A DNA stretch of 64,000 nucleotides from an uncultured Hyphomicrobium sp. (GTDB lineage Bacteria; Pseudomonadota; Alphaproteobacteria; Rhizobiales; Hyphomicrobiaceae): assembly GCA_964508485.1 (NCBI GenBank), contig CAZDUD010000002.1, positions 2,469-66,468 of the forward strand. Reading direction: 5' to 3'. Under the pieces are notes generated by a model. It was not told where the DNA came from. It was given only the letters and a program-made list of their open reading frames with translations, and searched no databases. A program made the position numbers and the translations under genes. Each line of letters begins with the position of its first letter. Position 1 is the stretch's first letter. This document shows positions 47,386-57,845 of the stretch, piece after piece.

Positions 47386-48804
47386 TCAAGCCGGATGAGG
47401 CTCTGCAACGTCGGACGCCCGCATCGTTGCCTCGGCCTGCACAAGAGTCTGGAGCGCCTTTTCGGCAAGCCCGATCGTCTCGTCGACGTTGAGGTTGCCG
47501 TTGATGATCTGCGACGAGTTCACGATGAAGAGACCCGGAATGCTGGTCTCCATGGGTGGCACTTTCTGGGAGTAGTTGAGCGACTGTATCGCCATGACGT
47601 TGCGCGCTCTCGACACGCGGAACGCCAGGATATCGTCCTCGGTGAACGTCTCGTACATCCGCGTCAGTGCGTCGACGCAGCGCCGGCGGATCTCGTCGTC
47701 CGGAACCTCGAACAGCGGATCGTCGGAGGGAACGTACGTCGGCAGGTAAACCAGCGATCGGCCGCCGAATTCCTTCGGATCGACGACGGCGGTCATCTCG
47801 ATCACGCCGGTGAAGGGAATGGTCTCATCGGCGATGTAGGTCAGGTAGCGGCTGCGCAAAGGCTTTTTTAGCAGCAGCGACGAGCACACGACGCCCTGGT
47901 AGCGCGCGGCAGCCAGCCGCTCGCGCTCGGGCCCGCTGAGATCCGGGCACATGCGCGCGGCCAGCGGACCGGCGGCCGTAACGACGACATGGTCGAAGGT
48001 CGACTGCCAGTCTTTCGCGACGACCTCGATGCCGCCGGCGACGGGCGTGATCGAGCGAACGGGGCTGTCGGTGCGCGCCACGACACCGCGGCTCGCTAGG
48101 CTTTGCATGAGCGCCTCGATGATGGTCGCATAGCCGCCCGTGACGGTGCCGAACATCTCCGTCTTGAGACCGGACCTGCGCGCCGAATAGAAGCGGTTGA
48201 TGACCGACCAGATGAAGGAGGCCGATACGACGTTGTGATTGGAGCCGAGCTTGGCGCGGAGTAACGGCCGCCAGACCTGCTCATAGGCCCCGCGGCCCGA
48301 GTGCCGCAACAGCCATTTCTCGACGGGAATGCTTTCGAGCCGGACACCGTTCTTGATGCGCGCCGCGTAGAGAATAGTGAAGGCGAGCCGCGACTTTTCG
48401 ATCAGGTTTAGCGGCTCGAAGCGCAGGTAGTCGATGGAGTTGTTTAAAGGGTGGAACTTGCCGCCGGTGTAGAAGTCGGTCTTGGTCGTGGTCCAGTTCA
48501 TATGGCCATTGAGACCGATGTCGGCGAGCAGCCCGCCAAGGTTCCGGTCCGACAACAGGGCGACGTGATAATGCCGGTCCCAGGTAACCGGGCCGAGCTT
48601 CCAGGCGTCGGCAAGGCCGCCGAACCGGTCGGAGGCTTCAAGAACCGTGATCTCGCGATCAGGCCCGGCGAGCTTGTGGGCGAGCGCAAGGCCCAGCATT
48701 CCGCCGCCGACGATGCACCACCGTCTCTTATCTGAAGGAGCAGGCGAAGCACCGGCCCCGGCGTATTCCGCTGCGCCTGGTTCCCGTCGTTCCAGAGCCG
48801 TCAT
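47386..48804 (-). CDS. FAD-dependent oxidoreductase of unknown function (HemY/amine-oxidase fold)
   Basis: IVGGGMLGL, GGLA..W, DRHYH and W.PLL.AKLG. ATGA coupling to the upstream gene. Confidence 0.85.
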   Translation of the reverse strand: MTALERREPGAAEYAGAGASPAPSDKRRWCIVGGGMLGLALAHKLAGPDREITVLEASDRFGGLADAWKLGPVTWDRHYHVALLSDRNLGGLLADIGLNGHMNWTTTKTDFYTGGKFHPLNNSIDYLRFEPLNLIEKSRLAFTILYAARIKNGVRLESIPVEKWLLRHSGRGAYEQVWRPLLRAKLGSNHNVVSASFIWSVINRFYSARRSGLKTEMFGTVTGGYATIIEALMQSLASRGVVARTDSPVRSITPVAGGIEVVAKDWQSTFDHVVVTAAGPLAARMCPDLSGPERERLAAARYQGVVCSSLLLKKPLRSRYLTYIADETIPFTGVIEMTAVVDPKEFGGRSLVYLPTYVPSDDPLFEVPDDEIRRRCVDALTRMYETFTEDDILAFRVSRARNVMAIQSLNYSQKVPPMETSIPGLFIVNSSQIINGNLNVDETIGLAEKALQTLVQAEATMRASDVAEPHPA

Positions 48805-50504
48805 GACACCTCGCGCGACACCGTATGCGCCCCGCTCGAGGCTGCAGCCGCCCCGACGCCGGCGCGCCTCAAGACGTCCGCGCGCGAGAAAATGAGCTCC
48901 CGGATCAGACCGAGATGGTTCCAGATGACCGAAAGTGTCTTCATTTTGGAAACGCCCAGCAGCCGCGTTTCGAGAACGGCAGGGTACTCGACGATCTTGG
49001 AGCCGCTCTGATCGAGCAGGATGAACATCTCCATGATGCCCATGAAGCCTCCGTTGGAAGGCTGCAGCGGCGCGATCTTGGAGCGGCGATAGACACGGAA
49101 GCACGCGGTGTAGCTCGCGAAGCGATGCTTCAGGATGCGGTTATAGATTCGCGACAGGTTGCGCGAGAGCGCAAGCCGCCAGGCGGGCACGTTCATGACG
49201 CCGCCCTTGGGATGATAGGGCGAGGCCTGGACGAGATCGATATCAGGCGTGAGCAGGGGGATCATCTTCGCCAGCTCGTGCGGATCGAAGCTGCAGTCGC
49301 AGTCGATGCCGCAAACGATTTCGTCATGCGCCGCGCGAATGCCGGTCATCGTCGCGGCTGCGATGCCCCGGTTCTCCGGATGCTTGATCAGCTGGCAATC
49401 GGCGCGGTTGCCGAAAAGCTCCTGCAGCTTGTTCCAGGTACCGTCGGCGCTGCCATCATCGACGAAGATATAGGAGAAGTCGAAGCGACCTGCCGTCTCC
49501 TTGGAGAACGAGGCGAGGTTGCCGGCAAGATAGGGAAGGGTCGCCTCCTCATTGTAGCAAGGCACGACGACGGAGACTTTCGTCCCGCCATTGGCCTGCA
49601 TGACGACCGGCACGGTGGCATCGGCGGCGGTCGAGCGCACCTCGACAGGCTCCGGCACGAGGCCGAGGTGGTCTGCGATGCTTTGGAAGCGGTAGTTCGC
49701 CAGAAAGGCCTCGACGCGCTCCTGCATCTTCTCAAGGTTACGATACTGACGAATCTGGCTCAGCCGCTTGGCGGCCGACACGCGCGGCTGATCGGGGTCG
49801 AACTCCCAGGTGTGGAAGTAGAGGTGCCAGGGCTCGGTATTGTCGCGCAGATAGCTCGCGAGGCGCCACTCGTAGAGCCCGCGGGGGGCCTGGCGCAGAT
49901 AATTGCCGCCCGTGATCGGCACCGGGATCCCCAGGAAGCTGTCGGAGGAAAGCGGCACCTCCGTCAGCGACCAGCCATCTCCCTTGAGTTCATGGATTTT
50001 CCGCCACTCGGGCCGGCCGACGAAAGACAGACCGAACGGACGAACGCTGGAGTCGTACTTCACGCCTTCACGCGCCAGGATCTCGAAGGGCTTGAGATCG
50101 TCGGTCGGCAGCGAGCCCGCCGCCATGCGATAGCCGACGACACGCTTTCCGGTGGCCGCCTCGATGGCGTTGCGCGAGCGCAGGAAATCGGCGCGGAAGT
50201 CCTCGAGTGACAACTGCGCATAGGACCTGTGAAGGTAGCCCTTGCTGGCGACGTCATGGCCGCGGCGCGCCACCTCGGCGATCAACTCCGGGCAGCGGTC
50301 GGCGATCCAGCCCAGCACGAAGAACGTCGCTTTTTGGTCGTAGCGATCCAGCAGATCGAGGGTGGCGAGCGTCGACTTCTCGACGCGAAGGGCGAAGCGT
50401 GGCCAGTAACGCTGGGGAATGACCTGCCGCATGGCCGCCACCTGGAAGTAATCCTCCAGGTTCACGGATAGGATATTACGCGCCCGACTCACGTTCCCTC
50501 TCAA
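48801..50504 (-). CDS. Fusion of a degenerate polysaccharide deacetylase domain and a polyprenyl-phosphate GT2
   Basis: N-terminal ATFFVLGW, GGNYLR and YFHTWEFDPDQPR. C-terminal VPCYNEE, VDDGS.D, DCD.S.DP, CFRVYRR and R..G.SKM. Confidence 0.87.
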   Translation of the reverse strand: MRGNVSRARNILSVNLEDYFQVAAMRQVIPQRYWPRFALRVEKSTLATLDLLDRYDQKATFFVLGWIADRCPELIAEVARRGHDVASKGYLHRSYAQLSLEDFRADFLRSRNAIEAATGKRVVGYRMAAGSLPTDDLKPFEILAREGVKYDSSVRPFGLSFVGRPEWRKIHELKGDGWSLTEVPLSSDSFLGIPVPITGGNYLRQAPRGLYEWRLASYLRDNTEPWHLYFHTWEFDPDQPRVSAAKRLSQIRQYRNLEKMQERVEAFLANYRFQSIADHLGLVPEPVEVRSTAADATVPVVMQANGGTKVSVVVPCYNEEATLPYLAGNLASFSKETAGRFDFSYIFVDDGSADGTWNKLQELFGNRADCQLIKHPENRGIAAATMTGIRAAHDEIVCGIDCDCSFDPHELAKMIPLLTPDIDLVQASPYHPKGGVMNVPAWRLALSRNLSRIYNRILKHRFASYTACFRVYRRSKIAPLQPSNGGFMGIMEMFILLDQSGSKIVEYPAVLETRLLGVSKMKTLSVIWNHLGLIRELIFSRADVLRRAGVGAAAASSGAHTVSREVS

Positions 50505-50795
50505 ACGAAGTGTCTCGTATATGAAATCAATTCAAGGACGGTGCCATTCTAGCATCGAGGGTATATCGCCACCGGCTACGAAATCGGAGAAGGTTAATTG
50601 CTTTCGTGAAAGCAAATTCGAGGTATGTCGCATACATCGCTCGGACGTTTCGGTAAGCGATGGATGCCGCACCCCTTTATTATTTGTACATCATACTCAA
50701 AATTTTCGTGCATAGCAGCAATTGTCAGCCGGCTGCTCCAAAACCCCGTTTACTGAGGGTATTAAGACACGCAGACCCGCTGGGGGCAGTCCGCC

Positions 50796-52154
50796 TTATC
50801 TCTGGAGCGACAGACCGCCGAAAAATTTTGATGTAATCCAAGGCCTTATGTCACCTGTTGGAACGCGCATCCGCCAGCGCGACCAGACAAGCAACCCGAG
50901 CAGGATCAGCCCTCCGGCGAGGAGGCGAGAGGTGCCCAGGCGTGCATTGAGCTCCTCGAGCATTGCATTGCCGAATGAGAGGTGCGCCATCGGAGCCGCG
51001 GCGAGGGCAATGGCGATCCAGCCCATCACCCGCGCTGGGAGCGCCGCAGGAAAATGCGGCGTGCGTCCGACGAAGAAGGCAATCGGCATCAACGCCCACG
51101 TATAGTAGTGGCTCCAGCTTAGCGTGCTGACGATGCAAGCCAGCATCAGAACGATGAGATACTCCGTCTCATGCGCCACGCCCCGCGAGACTGGTTGTGC
51201 CGTTTTGGGCCTCGGCGCGACGGCCGAAGCGGCAGCAAGCGCGACGACCACGAGCGTCAATAGGCTGGCAACGAGCCGGAATTCCGGCGAGAGCTCGTGC
51301 GGCGTCCAGTCGAGAACCGAGCTCGGTCCCAATTCGAGACGCGCCAGCGCGCCAGCGATGGACTGGACGTTCAGAGCCGGAATCGGGTTGCGCGCGAACG
51401 GCGCGATGCTGGTCTCATACCACTGAACGTGGCTGTCCCAGCCGAACACGGCAAGCGACGCCAGCCCGACGGCAGCCACGACGGAAGCACCTCCCGCGGC
51501 AACGAGCCACCGGCCGCGCAAGGCGAAGTAGACGCCGAACAGCAGCAGCGGCAGCTTTATCAACGCCGCAGCGCCGAGCAGCGCGCCCGCCGCCAGATCC
51601 TTGCGCTCGCGGACCAGCAGGAAGGCCCATGCAACGAGCGCGAGAACAAAGTGCGAGGTGTTGCCCTCACGAAGAGAGTAGAGCAGCGGGCCGAAGGCCG
51701 CGAACAGAAACAGCAGCAAGGCCGCGCCGTGGCGGTCGAGTTCGGCGGCATGTGTCAGCGCGCGCCAGCTAAAGAGCGTCGCGAGGATCCCCAAACCCGT
51801 GAACAGCAGGGCAGCCGGAAGCGGCGGGAAGAGGGCGAACGGGGCGAACAGATAGGCGAGGATCGGGATGTTGACGAAGCCGGTCACGCCATCCCCGAAC
51901 AGGGCTGCAACGGCATCGGTACCTTGCAGCGCCGCGCTACCCGCGATCCAATACACCGTCGTGAAATCGTCGAAGCGCGCCAATGGCTCGGAAACTTGAA
52001 ACACGAACGCCGCCATGAGCAGTGAGGCACCGGCAACTGCACCCCAGAACAGGCGGTCCGGCGCATTGCGCCGCGCGAGGTCGGCAATGAACATCACGCC
52101 CAGGCCCAGTCCGAGAAGATGGGCGAGAAGAACCTGGCTCGTACAACTGCACAT
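50796..52154 (-). CDS. GT87-family (GT-C) membrane glycosyltransferase
   Basis: DF...Y, F.N.P....LF.PF, EGN, IKLP, NVQS and WSHYY. Confidence 0.8.
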   Translation of the reverse strand: MCSCTSQVLLAHLLGLGLGVMFIADLARRNAPDRLFWGAVAGASLLMAAFVFQVSEPLARFDDFTTVYWIAGSAALQGTDAVAALFGDGVTGFVNIPILAYLFAPFALFPPLPAALLFTGLGILATLFSWRALTHAAELDRHGAALLLFLFAAFGPLLYSLREGNTSHFVLALVAWAFLLVRERKDLAAGALLGAAALIKLPLLLFGVYFALRGRWLVAAGGASVVAAVGLASLAVFGWDSHVQWYETSIAPFARNPIPALNVQSIAGALARLELGPSSVLDWTPHELSPEFRLVASLLTLVVVALAAASAVAPRPKTAQPVSRGVAHETEYLIVLMLACIVSTLSWSHYYTWALMPIAFFVGRTPHFPAALPARVMGWIAIALAAAPMAHLSFGNAMLEELNARLGTSRLLAGGLILLGLLVWSRWRMRVPTGDIRPWITSKFFGGLSLQR

Positions 52155-52179
52155 ATCTCCTCCTACCCGTCGGAGCGCG

Positions 52180-53547
52180 TCACGTCGCCAGCTCGCGGAC
52201 GCCGTCCGGGTTCTGGCGGCGCAGATAGATGAGCACGCCCAGCAGAACTAACGCGGCGAAGAACAAATACGACTGAACCAAGTTGAGCCACGTGTCGGCC
52301 AGATAATTTGCGGCCGGCAGAAAGTTGCCTGCGATGATCCAGCCTGCGGCAAGCCATAAGAGTGCGGCCCTCTGGCCTTGAGCGGCACAGAGCAGAGCAA
52401 GGGCGATGCCAAAGAGCGGCAGGACCACGCCGTAATGATGCTCCCATGCGATTGGCGACGCGACGGTCGCGCAGAGGGCCATGATCGCGAGGTCGATGAT
52501 GTCGGCGCGCCGCTGGCCGGCTCTCAGCGCCGGGACCAGCGCCAGGGCCAGGAAGCCGAGAGTGGAGAGGAATGTCGCGGCCGTGACGAGCGGATCGGCG
52601 GGCGGAAAGGCGAAGGAGTCGAATTGCAGACTGGTCCCGTTGCCAAGCACGCGATGGGCGAGGCCGTTGACCGACTGGTTGGCGAAGTAGGATTCGCCAT
52701 GCGCGGAGATGAACGACAGCACATCAAGATACGCAATATGATTGTGAACGCCGAACAGCAGGAGCGAGAGGATACCAACCGGCAGTCCGACCCCAAGGAA
52801 GCCGCGAAGGAACGGCCACTCGCGCCACACCAGGGCCCAGATGAGGAAGACGCCGAGCTGCGGTTTCATCGTCGCCGCGAGCGCCAGCAGGGCTCCTGCA
52901 GTCGTCTTGGCCCCGCGTAGCCACGCGATGCAAGCGCCTACGAACAGCGTATTGATCCAGACCTGGATCTGGCCGAGCTCGAGTGCCCGGATCGACGGAT
53001 AGCAGAGCAGCGCGGCAAGCGTCAGGAGCCCGGCAAGCGTCCAATACTGCCATGCGGCGAGAGGCTGGGATATGCGGGACAAAAGCAGCGACAAGACGAG
53101 ATAGACGAATGCAATACAGCCGACCACGAACACGACGGCATTGATGGCGTCGAGCGTATCGACCGACCCAAGGCCGAGAGACTCGAGTGCGGCAAGGTAC
53201 ACGAGGCTTGTCGGGGGGTACTGAAACTTGACCTTATCCTCGAAGAAGACCTTCTCGTAGAGGCGGTCGCCCTCGGGAGAGCGCAGGATCTGTAGGGCTT
53301 CGGCCATCGGGCGCCACGAGTCCGCGAGAGACTCGCCAGGTCTGCCGAGCTCTCTCAGCGAGCGCAGTGTGCTCCCCGTGTAGACGGAGGGTTCGTATCC
53401 TCTCTTAGCCAGCGCGACATGATCGGCGGCGCTTATGACGACGGTCGATCCGATGACGATTGCGAGGAAGACGAGTACGCAACGGAAACACAAGTTGGGT
53501 GAGCTCGAAGAGCGGCCTGCGCCCGCCATTCCGGACATCACGGCCAC
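52180..53547 (-). CDS. GT87-family (GT-C) membrane glycosyltransferase
   Basis: FQYPP, LGQ, MKPQ, NQS and SPIAWEHHY. Confidence 0.82.
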   Translation of the reverse strand: MAVMSGMAGAGRSSSSPNLCFRCVLVFLAIVIGSTVVISAADHVALAKRGYEPSVYTGSTLRSLRELGRPGESLADSWRPMAEALQILRSPEGDRLYEKVFFEDKVKFQYPPTSLVYLAALESLGLGSVDTLDAINAVVFVVGCIAFVYLVLSLLLSRISQPLAAWQYWTLAGLLTLAALLCYPSIRALELGQIQVWINTLFVGACIAWLRGAKTTAGALLALAATMKPQLGVFLIWALVWREWPFLRGFLGVGLPVGILSLLLFGVHNHIAYLDVLSFISAHGESYFANQSVNGLAHRVLGNGTSLQFDSFAFPPADPLVTAATFLSTLGFLALALVPALRAGQRRADIIDLAIMALCATVASPIAWEHHYGVVLPLFGIALALLCAAQGQRAALLWLAAGWIIAGNFLPAANYLADTWLNLVQSYLFFAALVLLGVLIYLRRQNPDGVRELAT

Positions 53548-53700
53548 CGCTTATTCATGAAACATTGCCGATCTTGAAAGAACACTGACGAATATTCCGT
53601 TCTGCTCGTGCTCGAAACCTACTGCATGGCGTAATGAAAGAGAAACAGAAAGGGCGCGTTGGTAAAATTCGCCGGATCGCATCAGGGTGCCCAGATGACA

Positions 53701-54669
53701 TCAGAGTGCCATGAGCATCTCGGAAAGAAGCTCGGCTTGCGGTGGCGAGAGAGGCGCGTCCAAGGCGCGCAGGTTCTGACGGATGCGATCCGGACTCGTC
53801 GTCGAGAAAAGCACCATGCCTGAAGGATTGCGATAAAGAGCGTGACGAAGAAGCAGGTACGCCATGGCCTGCGCATCTCCCGGGTCGACGTCGAACGCCG
53901 CGCGCCAGCGGGAGGCCGCGGCTTCGTCTCCGCGCAGTCGCTCGAGCGTGTCGTGGAGGCGGGTGGTGAAGATGGAATGGGTGATCAACAGCCGTCCATC
54001 GCGCGGCGAAAAGTGCGCAATATTGTCGTCCCACGCGCTGTTCGCGAACTGCATGATCGTGCCGAAGGCGATGCCCCGATGCTCGATCGCCAAGGCCTCA
54101 TCGATCGCGGGAGCCACGCCGTAGGCGCGAATCTTGCCCTCTTTCACAAGTTTCTCAGCAAACGCCTTGATCGCGCTGTCCGCCGCGTTCTCTGCCGTGC
54201 ACTCGTGAAGCAGCAGCGCGTCAAGATAGTCTGTTTTCAACTCCCGGAGGCTCTTCTCGACACTTCTGCGAAGGCGTGGGATGTCGAACACATGGAATGT
54301 CGGTCCTGGATATGTCGGCTCGCTTATGAAGCGACGCGCGAAGGGAACCTTGCGCGCGGTGTGTACGGCCTTGTCCATGGCGCGCTTCGTGACCGAGCGC
54401 ATCGGCGGCAGGATTCCCGCTTTGCTCACCAGGATCACTTGGTCTCTGCGGCCCGAGAACACCTCTCCGAGCATGCCCTCGGAGATACCGTCCGAATAGT
54501 ATCGGGCGGTATCGAAATAGACGATGCCGCTGTCGAACGCTGTTTCGAGCAGACGCAATGCCGAGGGGCGATCACTGACGGCATACAGCATGCCGGTTCC
54601 GAAGCCCAGTGGCAGGGTCGCTTTGGACAGAACGGGCAATTTGCGTTCGGCCGTGAGACTGGGACACAT
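53701..54669 (-). CDS. Aldo/keto reductase
   Basis: LGFGT, FDTARYY..G.SE, SK.G, SL.EL.TDYLD.LLLH and G.IRAYGV. Confidence 0.88.
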   Translation of the reverse strand: MCPSLTAERKLPVLSKATLPLGFGTGMLYAVSDRPSALRLLETAFDSGIVYFDTARYYSDGISEGMLGEVFSGRRDQVILVSKAGILPPMRSVTKRAMDKAVHTARKVPFARRFISEPTYPGPTFHVFDIPRLRRSVEKSLRELKTDYLDALLLHECTAENAADSAIKAFAEKLVKEGKIRAYGVAPAIDEALAIEHRGIAFGTIMQFANSAWDDNIAHFSPRDGRLLITHSIFTTRLHDTLERLRGDEAAASRWRAAFDVDPGDAQAMAYLLLRHALYRNPSGMVLFSTTSPDRIRQNLRALDAPLSPPQAELLSEMLMAL

Positions 54670-54807
54670 ACTAGTTAACCGGAATTCTGGCCGAGCCGCC
54701 TCGGAGCTTGTATCGATAGACAGTTTAATGATATTTTAGCCTGCCACACCTTATTGAATGGCTCCATACATTTCTCTTCCTTCCGATACTGGTGGTTGTT
54801 GCGAGTG

Positions 54808-56385
54808 ATGTCGGTCGCCGATTTTGCCCGGGACTTGAAAGTGGGCGATGCAGAGGCGAACGATCGAACCTTTGACGCCATCGTTGTTGGCGCGGGTGCG
54901 GCCGGTGGATTGGCCGCGAGCCTGCTGTGCGAAGCAGGCCTCGATGTTCTCCTTCTGGATGCAGGCCACCGTATGCCGGCATGGCGTCAGCCGTTCCGCA
55001 GGTTGACTCACACGCTTGTGCGTTCGGTAGCGGATCCGCGCTTGCTCGGCTTTTTCCCACCTCGTGCGATCAACGCAGGCCGCAAAGCGCTTCGCCTTGT
55101 GGGCCGCATCCGCCAGCCTATCCAGACGCACTGCTTCGCCTGGGAGCGACTGCCGGATGTGTTCGTGGACGACCGGGATTTTCCCTATGCGACGCCGGCC
55201 GACCGTCCGTTCAACTGGATCCGCGCGCACGGCATCGGCGGACGCATGATCATCCCCGGTCATGGTCGCCAGTACTACCGACTGGGGCGGAGTGAGCTCG
55301 CGCCTAGAGACGGACTGAGCCCGCCATGGCCGCTTGCGGAGGGCGAGCTTGACCCATGGTACGCGCTCGTCGAGCGCCGTCTGGGATTGGCTGGTGCACG
55401 CGACGGCCTCGAGTCGCCACCCGACGGCGAGGTGACGCGGCTCTCGGAGGCGACTGCGGACGAAGCAGCGACGATCGAGGCCATAGGTGAACGTTGGCCG
55501 CAGGCGCGACCCATCCTCAGTCGCTATGCGCCACCACTCGAGTCCGTTGCGGCGGCGGCGGCAACCGGCCGGCTCCGCTGTCGTACCGGCGCCGTGGTGC
55601 AGGCGGTGGTGAAGGGCACTTCGGGCCGTATCAGCGGGGTCGAATGGTACGATCTTCGATCCAGGAGCCGGTGCAAGGCCAGCGCACCGTTGGTCTTCCT
55701 TTGCGCGTCGACACTGGAATCCACGCGCATCCTATTGCAGTCGGAAGGGCTGGCGAAAAAGCCGGGAGTGCTAGGCCACTATCTGATGGATCACATGCTG
55801 GTAAAGGCTGAGGGCGTCGGACCGAAGCTTTCGAGCGATACCGAGATCGAGCCGGGGCGCTGCCTTTACTTGCCGCGGTTCGACCGGCGCGACGGCGACG
55901 CTTCGGCAGAGCGCGGTTTCGGCATTCAGCTCTATCGCTCATGGGCCGGCGAGCGCTCATGGTTCACGGCGGCCGCCTTCTGCGAGACCACCCCGCGCGC
56001 CGAAAATCGCGCTACGCTCGATCCTACGCGTCGGGATGCGTGGGGAAATCCCACACTGCGCGTCGACTTCCGGTACAGCGAGGCCGAGCGCCAGCTCGCC
56101 GCAAAGGTGACGGAAGCGCTCGCAGAGCTGGCGAAGGTGACGGGTGCAACCCTGCATACGCTGGAAAGAACGCCCGCGACACCCGGCACAGCGGTGCATG
56201 AGTGCGGCACGGCCCGGATGGGGGCCGATCCCGCAACCTCCGTGCTCGACAGCAACAACGAGTGCTGGGATGCGCCAGGGCTCTATGTGACGGACGGCGC
56301 GTCCTTCCCGTCGCAAGGCGCACAGAACCCAACGCTGACAATCATGGCCTTGACGGCCCGCGCCTGCCATCACGCGGTGCGTTAG
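54808..56385 (+). CDS. GMC-family FAD oxidoreductase
   Basis: VVGAGAAGG, GIGGR, GHYLMDH, HECGTARMG and NPTLTIMAL. Confidence 0.9.
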   Translation: MSVADFARDLKVGDAEANDRTFDAIVVGAGAAGGLAASLLCEAGLDVLLLDAGHRMPAWRQPFRRLTHTLVRSVADPRLLGFFPPRAINAGRKALRLVGRIRQPIQTHCFAWERLPDVFVDDRDFPYATPADRPFNWIRAHGIGGRMIIPGHGRQYYRLGRSELAPRDGLSPPWPLAEGELDPWYALVERRLGLAGARDGLESPPDGEVTRLSEATADEAATIEAIGERWPQARPILSRYAPPLESVAAAAATGRLRCRTGAVVQAVVKGTSGRISGVEWYDLRSRSRCKASAPLVFLCASTLESTRILLQSEGLAKKPGVLGHYLMDHMLVKAEGVGPKLSSDTEIEPGRCLYLPRFDRRDGDASAERGFGIQLYRSWAGERSWFTAAAFCETTPRAENRATLDPTRRDAWGNPTLRVDFRYSEAERQLAAKVTEALAELAKVTGATLHTLERTPATPGTAVHECGTARMGADPATSVLDSNNECWDAPGLYVTDGASFPSQGAQNPTLTIMALTARACHHAVR

Positions 56386-57845
56386 GAACGCAGCCGCCGA
56401 TCGAGATGCTCTGCAAGGCGCAGCGACAACTGCACGATGGTGTACGTCGGGTGCGCATAGCCACCTGTCCCGAACACGCTGCTGCCGCCGACGTAGAGAT
56501 TGCGCATGCCATGGATCTGGCAGTCCCGATCGACCACGCCTTCCCGCGGATTGTCGCTCATCCGCGTCGTGCACATGTGGTGAATGGCAGCGACCTTGTC
56601 TGCACCGACACCGGGTGGCGTAGGCTTGGACTCCTGCAGCCAGTCGGCAATGCGCGCGCGGCCGGTGTCGGTGAGCGCCATATGGCGGCCGAGCTCGGTC
56701 ACGGCCGCTCGCATGGTGTGATAGTCGAGATCGGTGAAGCGCCAGTCGAGCGCTGCCTTGCGTTGCCCGAACTTGTCGACCTCGCTCGAAAGAACGACCC
56801 GGCTGTCCGGGTTGAGCGACTGTTCGTTCCCGACCCAGATGCCAACGTCGAAGCATTGGATCGGGCGTCCCATGACCTTCTGGACAAGATCGCGTGAGAA
56901 GTCGGTGAGGCAGGCAGCTTCCCGTGCCAGCCTCCGCATCATCCCTTCGTCGATGCTGGGAACCGACAGGACGAAATTGAGGCACTCCTTCTGAAGCATC
57001 AGTTCCGGCGTGGGAGCGTAATGCAGAACATTCCCGTGTTGTGGGACGTTCTGTAGAACGGCAGAGCCGACCTGGAACACGGGATGCTCGCAGAAGTGCC
57101 GTCCGACCAGATCGTTCTGGTTCCCGATGCCGGCGCTGATCTGCCGGTTTGCGTTCAACAGGAAGCGCGCGTTCTCGATTCCGCCGAAGCAAAGCACCGT
57201 GTAGCGCGCGCGGACGGTGAACGTCGCGTCGCGGCTGTAGGACCGGAATATCAAGCCTGAGACGGTGCTCAGACTGTCATCGAGCTCGATATCGAGAAGC
57301 GTGGCATTGAGGTAGACGCGCACACTGCCGGTTGCGAGGTCCTCCCGGTACTTCTCGCCGAACCGCGTCACCGGAACGCTGTCCCGGAAGGCAACGGGGA
57401 TCAGCGTGTCGGCAGCCCCGTCGAACAGATCGGGGGCTTTGTTCCAGGCAGCCAGATTGAGGATTTCCGTGGCTTCGTCGGCAAAGGGATCGAGGTCGGA
57501 TCTGGTAATGGGCCAGCCGCTCAACGGATGATAGGGATGGTGCTCGAAATCGTGCGGATCGAAGGGTCGCGTGACGCCGCTCCAGTGGCCGGACGTTCCG
57601 CCGAGCCCGCGCAAGCGCACGGTATCGAGCGTATAATAGTCGAGCCCGATGTTCTGGCCGTCGGCCAATTCCTGCGCGTCCGACCCAAGCTCGACATCAC
57701 CGCTTTCGAACAAGCCGACGGTCCAGCCTTTCGATGCGAGCTTCCGTGCAAGCGTGATTCCGGCAGGCCCTGCACCGCAAATACAAACGTCGAAAACGAT
57801 ATCCCTGAACCAGTCGTCCTGCCTCTGCTCGGCATTAAGCAGCAT
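56382..57845 (-). CDS. GMC-family FAD oxidoreductase, no signal peptide
   Basis: GAGPAGI, RGLGGTSGHW, GGIEN, VGRHFCEH, HHMCTTRM and HPTYTIV. Confidence 0.9.
   Translation of the reverse strand: MLLNAEQRQDDWFRDIVFDVCICGAGPAGITLARKLASKGWTVGLFESGDVELGSDAQELADGQNIGLDYYTLDTVRLRGLGGTSGHWSGVTRPFDPHDFEHHPYHPLSGWPITRSDLDPFADEATEILNLAAWNKAPDLFDGAADTLIPVAFRDSVPVTRFGEKYREDLATGSVRVYLNATLLDIELDDSLSTVSGLIFRSYSRDATFTVRARYTVLCFGGIENARFLLNANRQISAGIGNQNDLVGRHFCEHPVFQVGSAVLQNVPQHGNVLHYAPTPELMLQKECLNFVLSVPSIDEGMMRRLAREAACLTDFSRDLVQKVMGRPIQCFDVGIWVGNEQSLNPDSRVVLSSEVDKFGQRKAALDWRFTDLDYHTMRAAVTELGRHMALTDTGRARIADWLQESKPTPPGVGADKVAAIHHMCTTRMSDNPREGVVDRDCQIHGMRNLYVGGSSVFGTGGYAHPTYTIVQLSLRLAEHLDRRLRS

Noticed and set aside
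47386-48804. Protoporphyrinogen oxidase, and the 572-aa extended start at 49104
   Set aside because: The context is glycan biosynthesis, and the extension overlaps the upstream gene while ATG 48804 gives ATGA coupling.
48801-50504. PEP-CTERM/exosortase system suggested by the deacetylase type
   Set aside because: No exosortase or PEP-CTERM-tailed protein was seen in the window.
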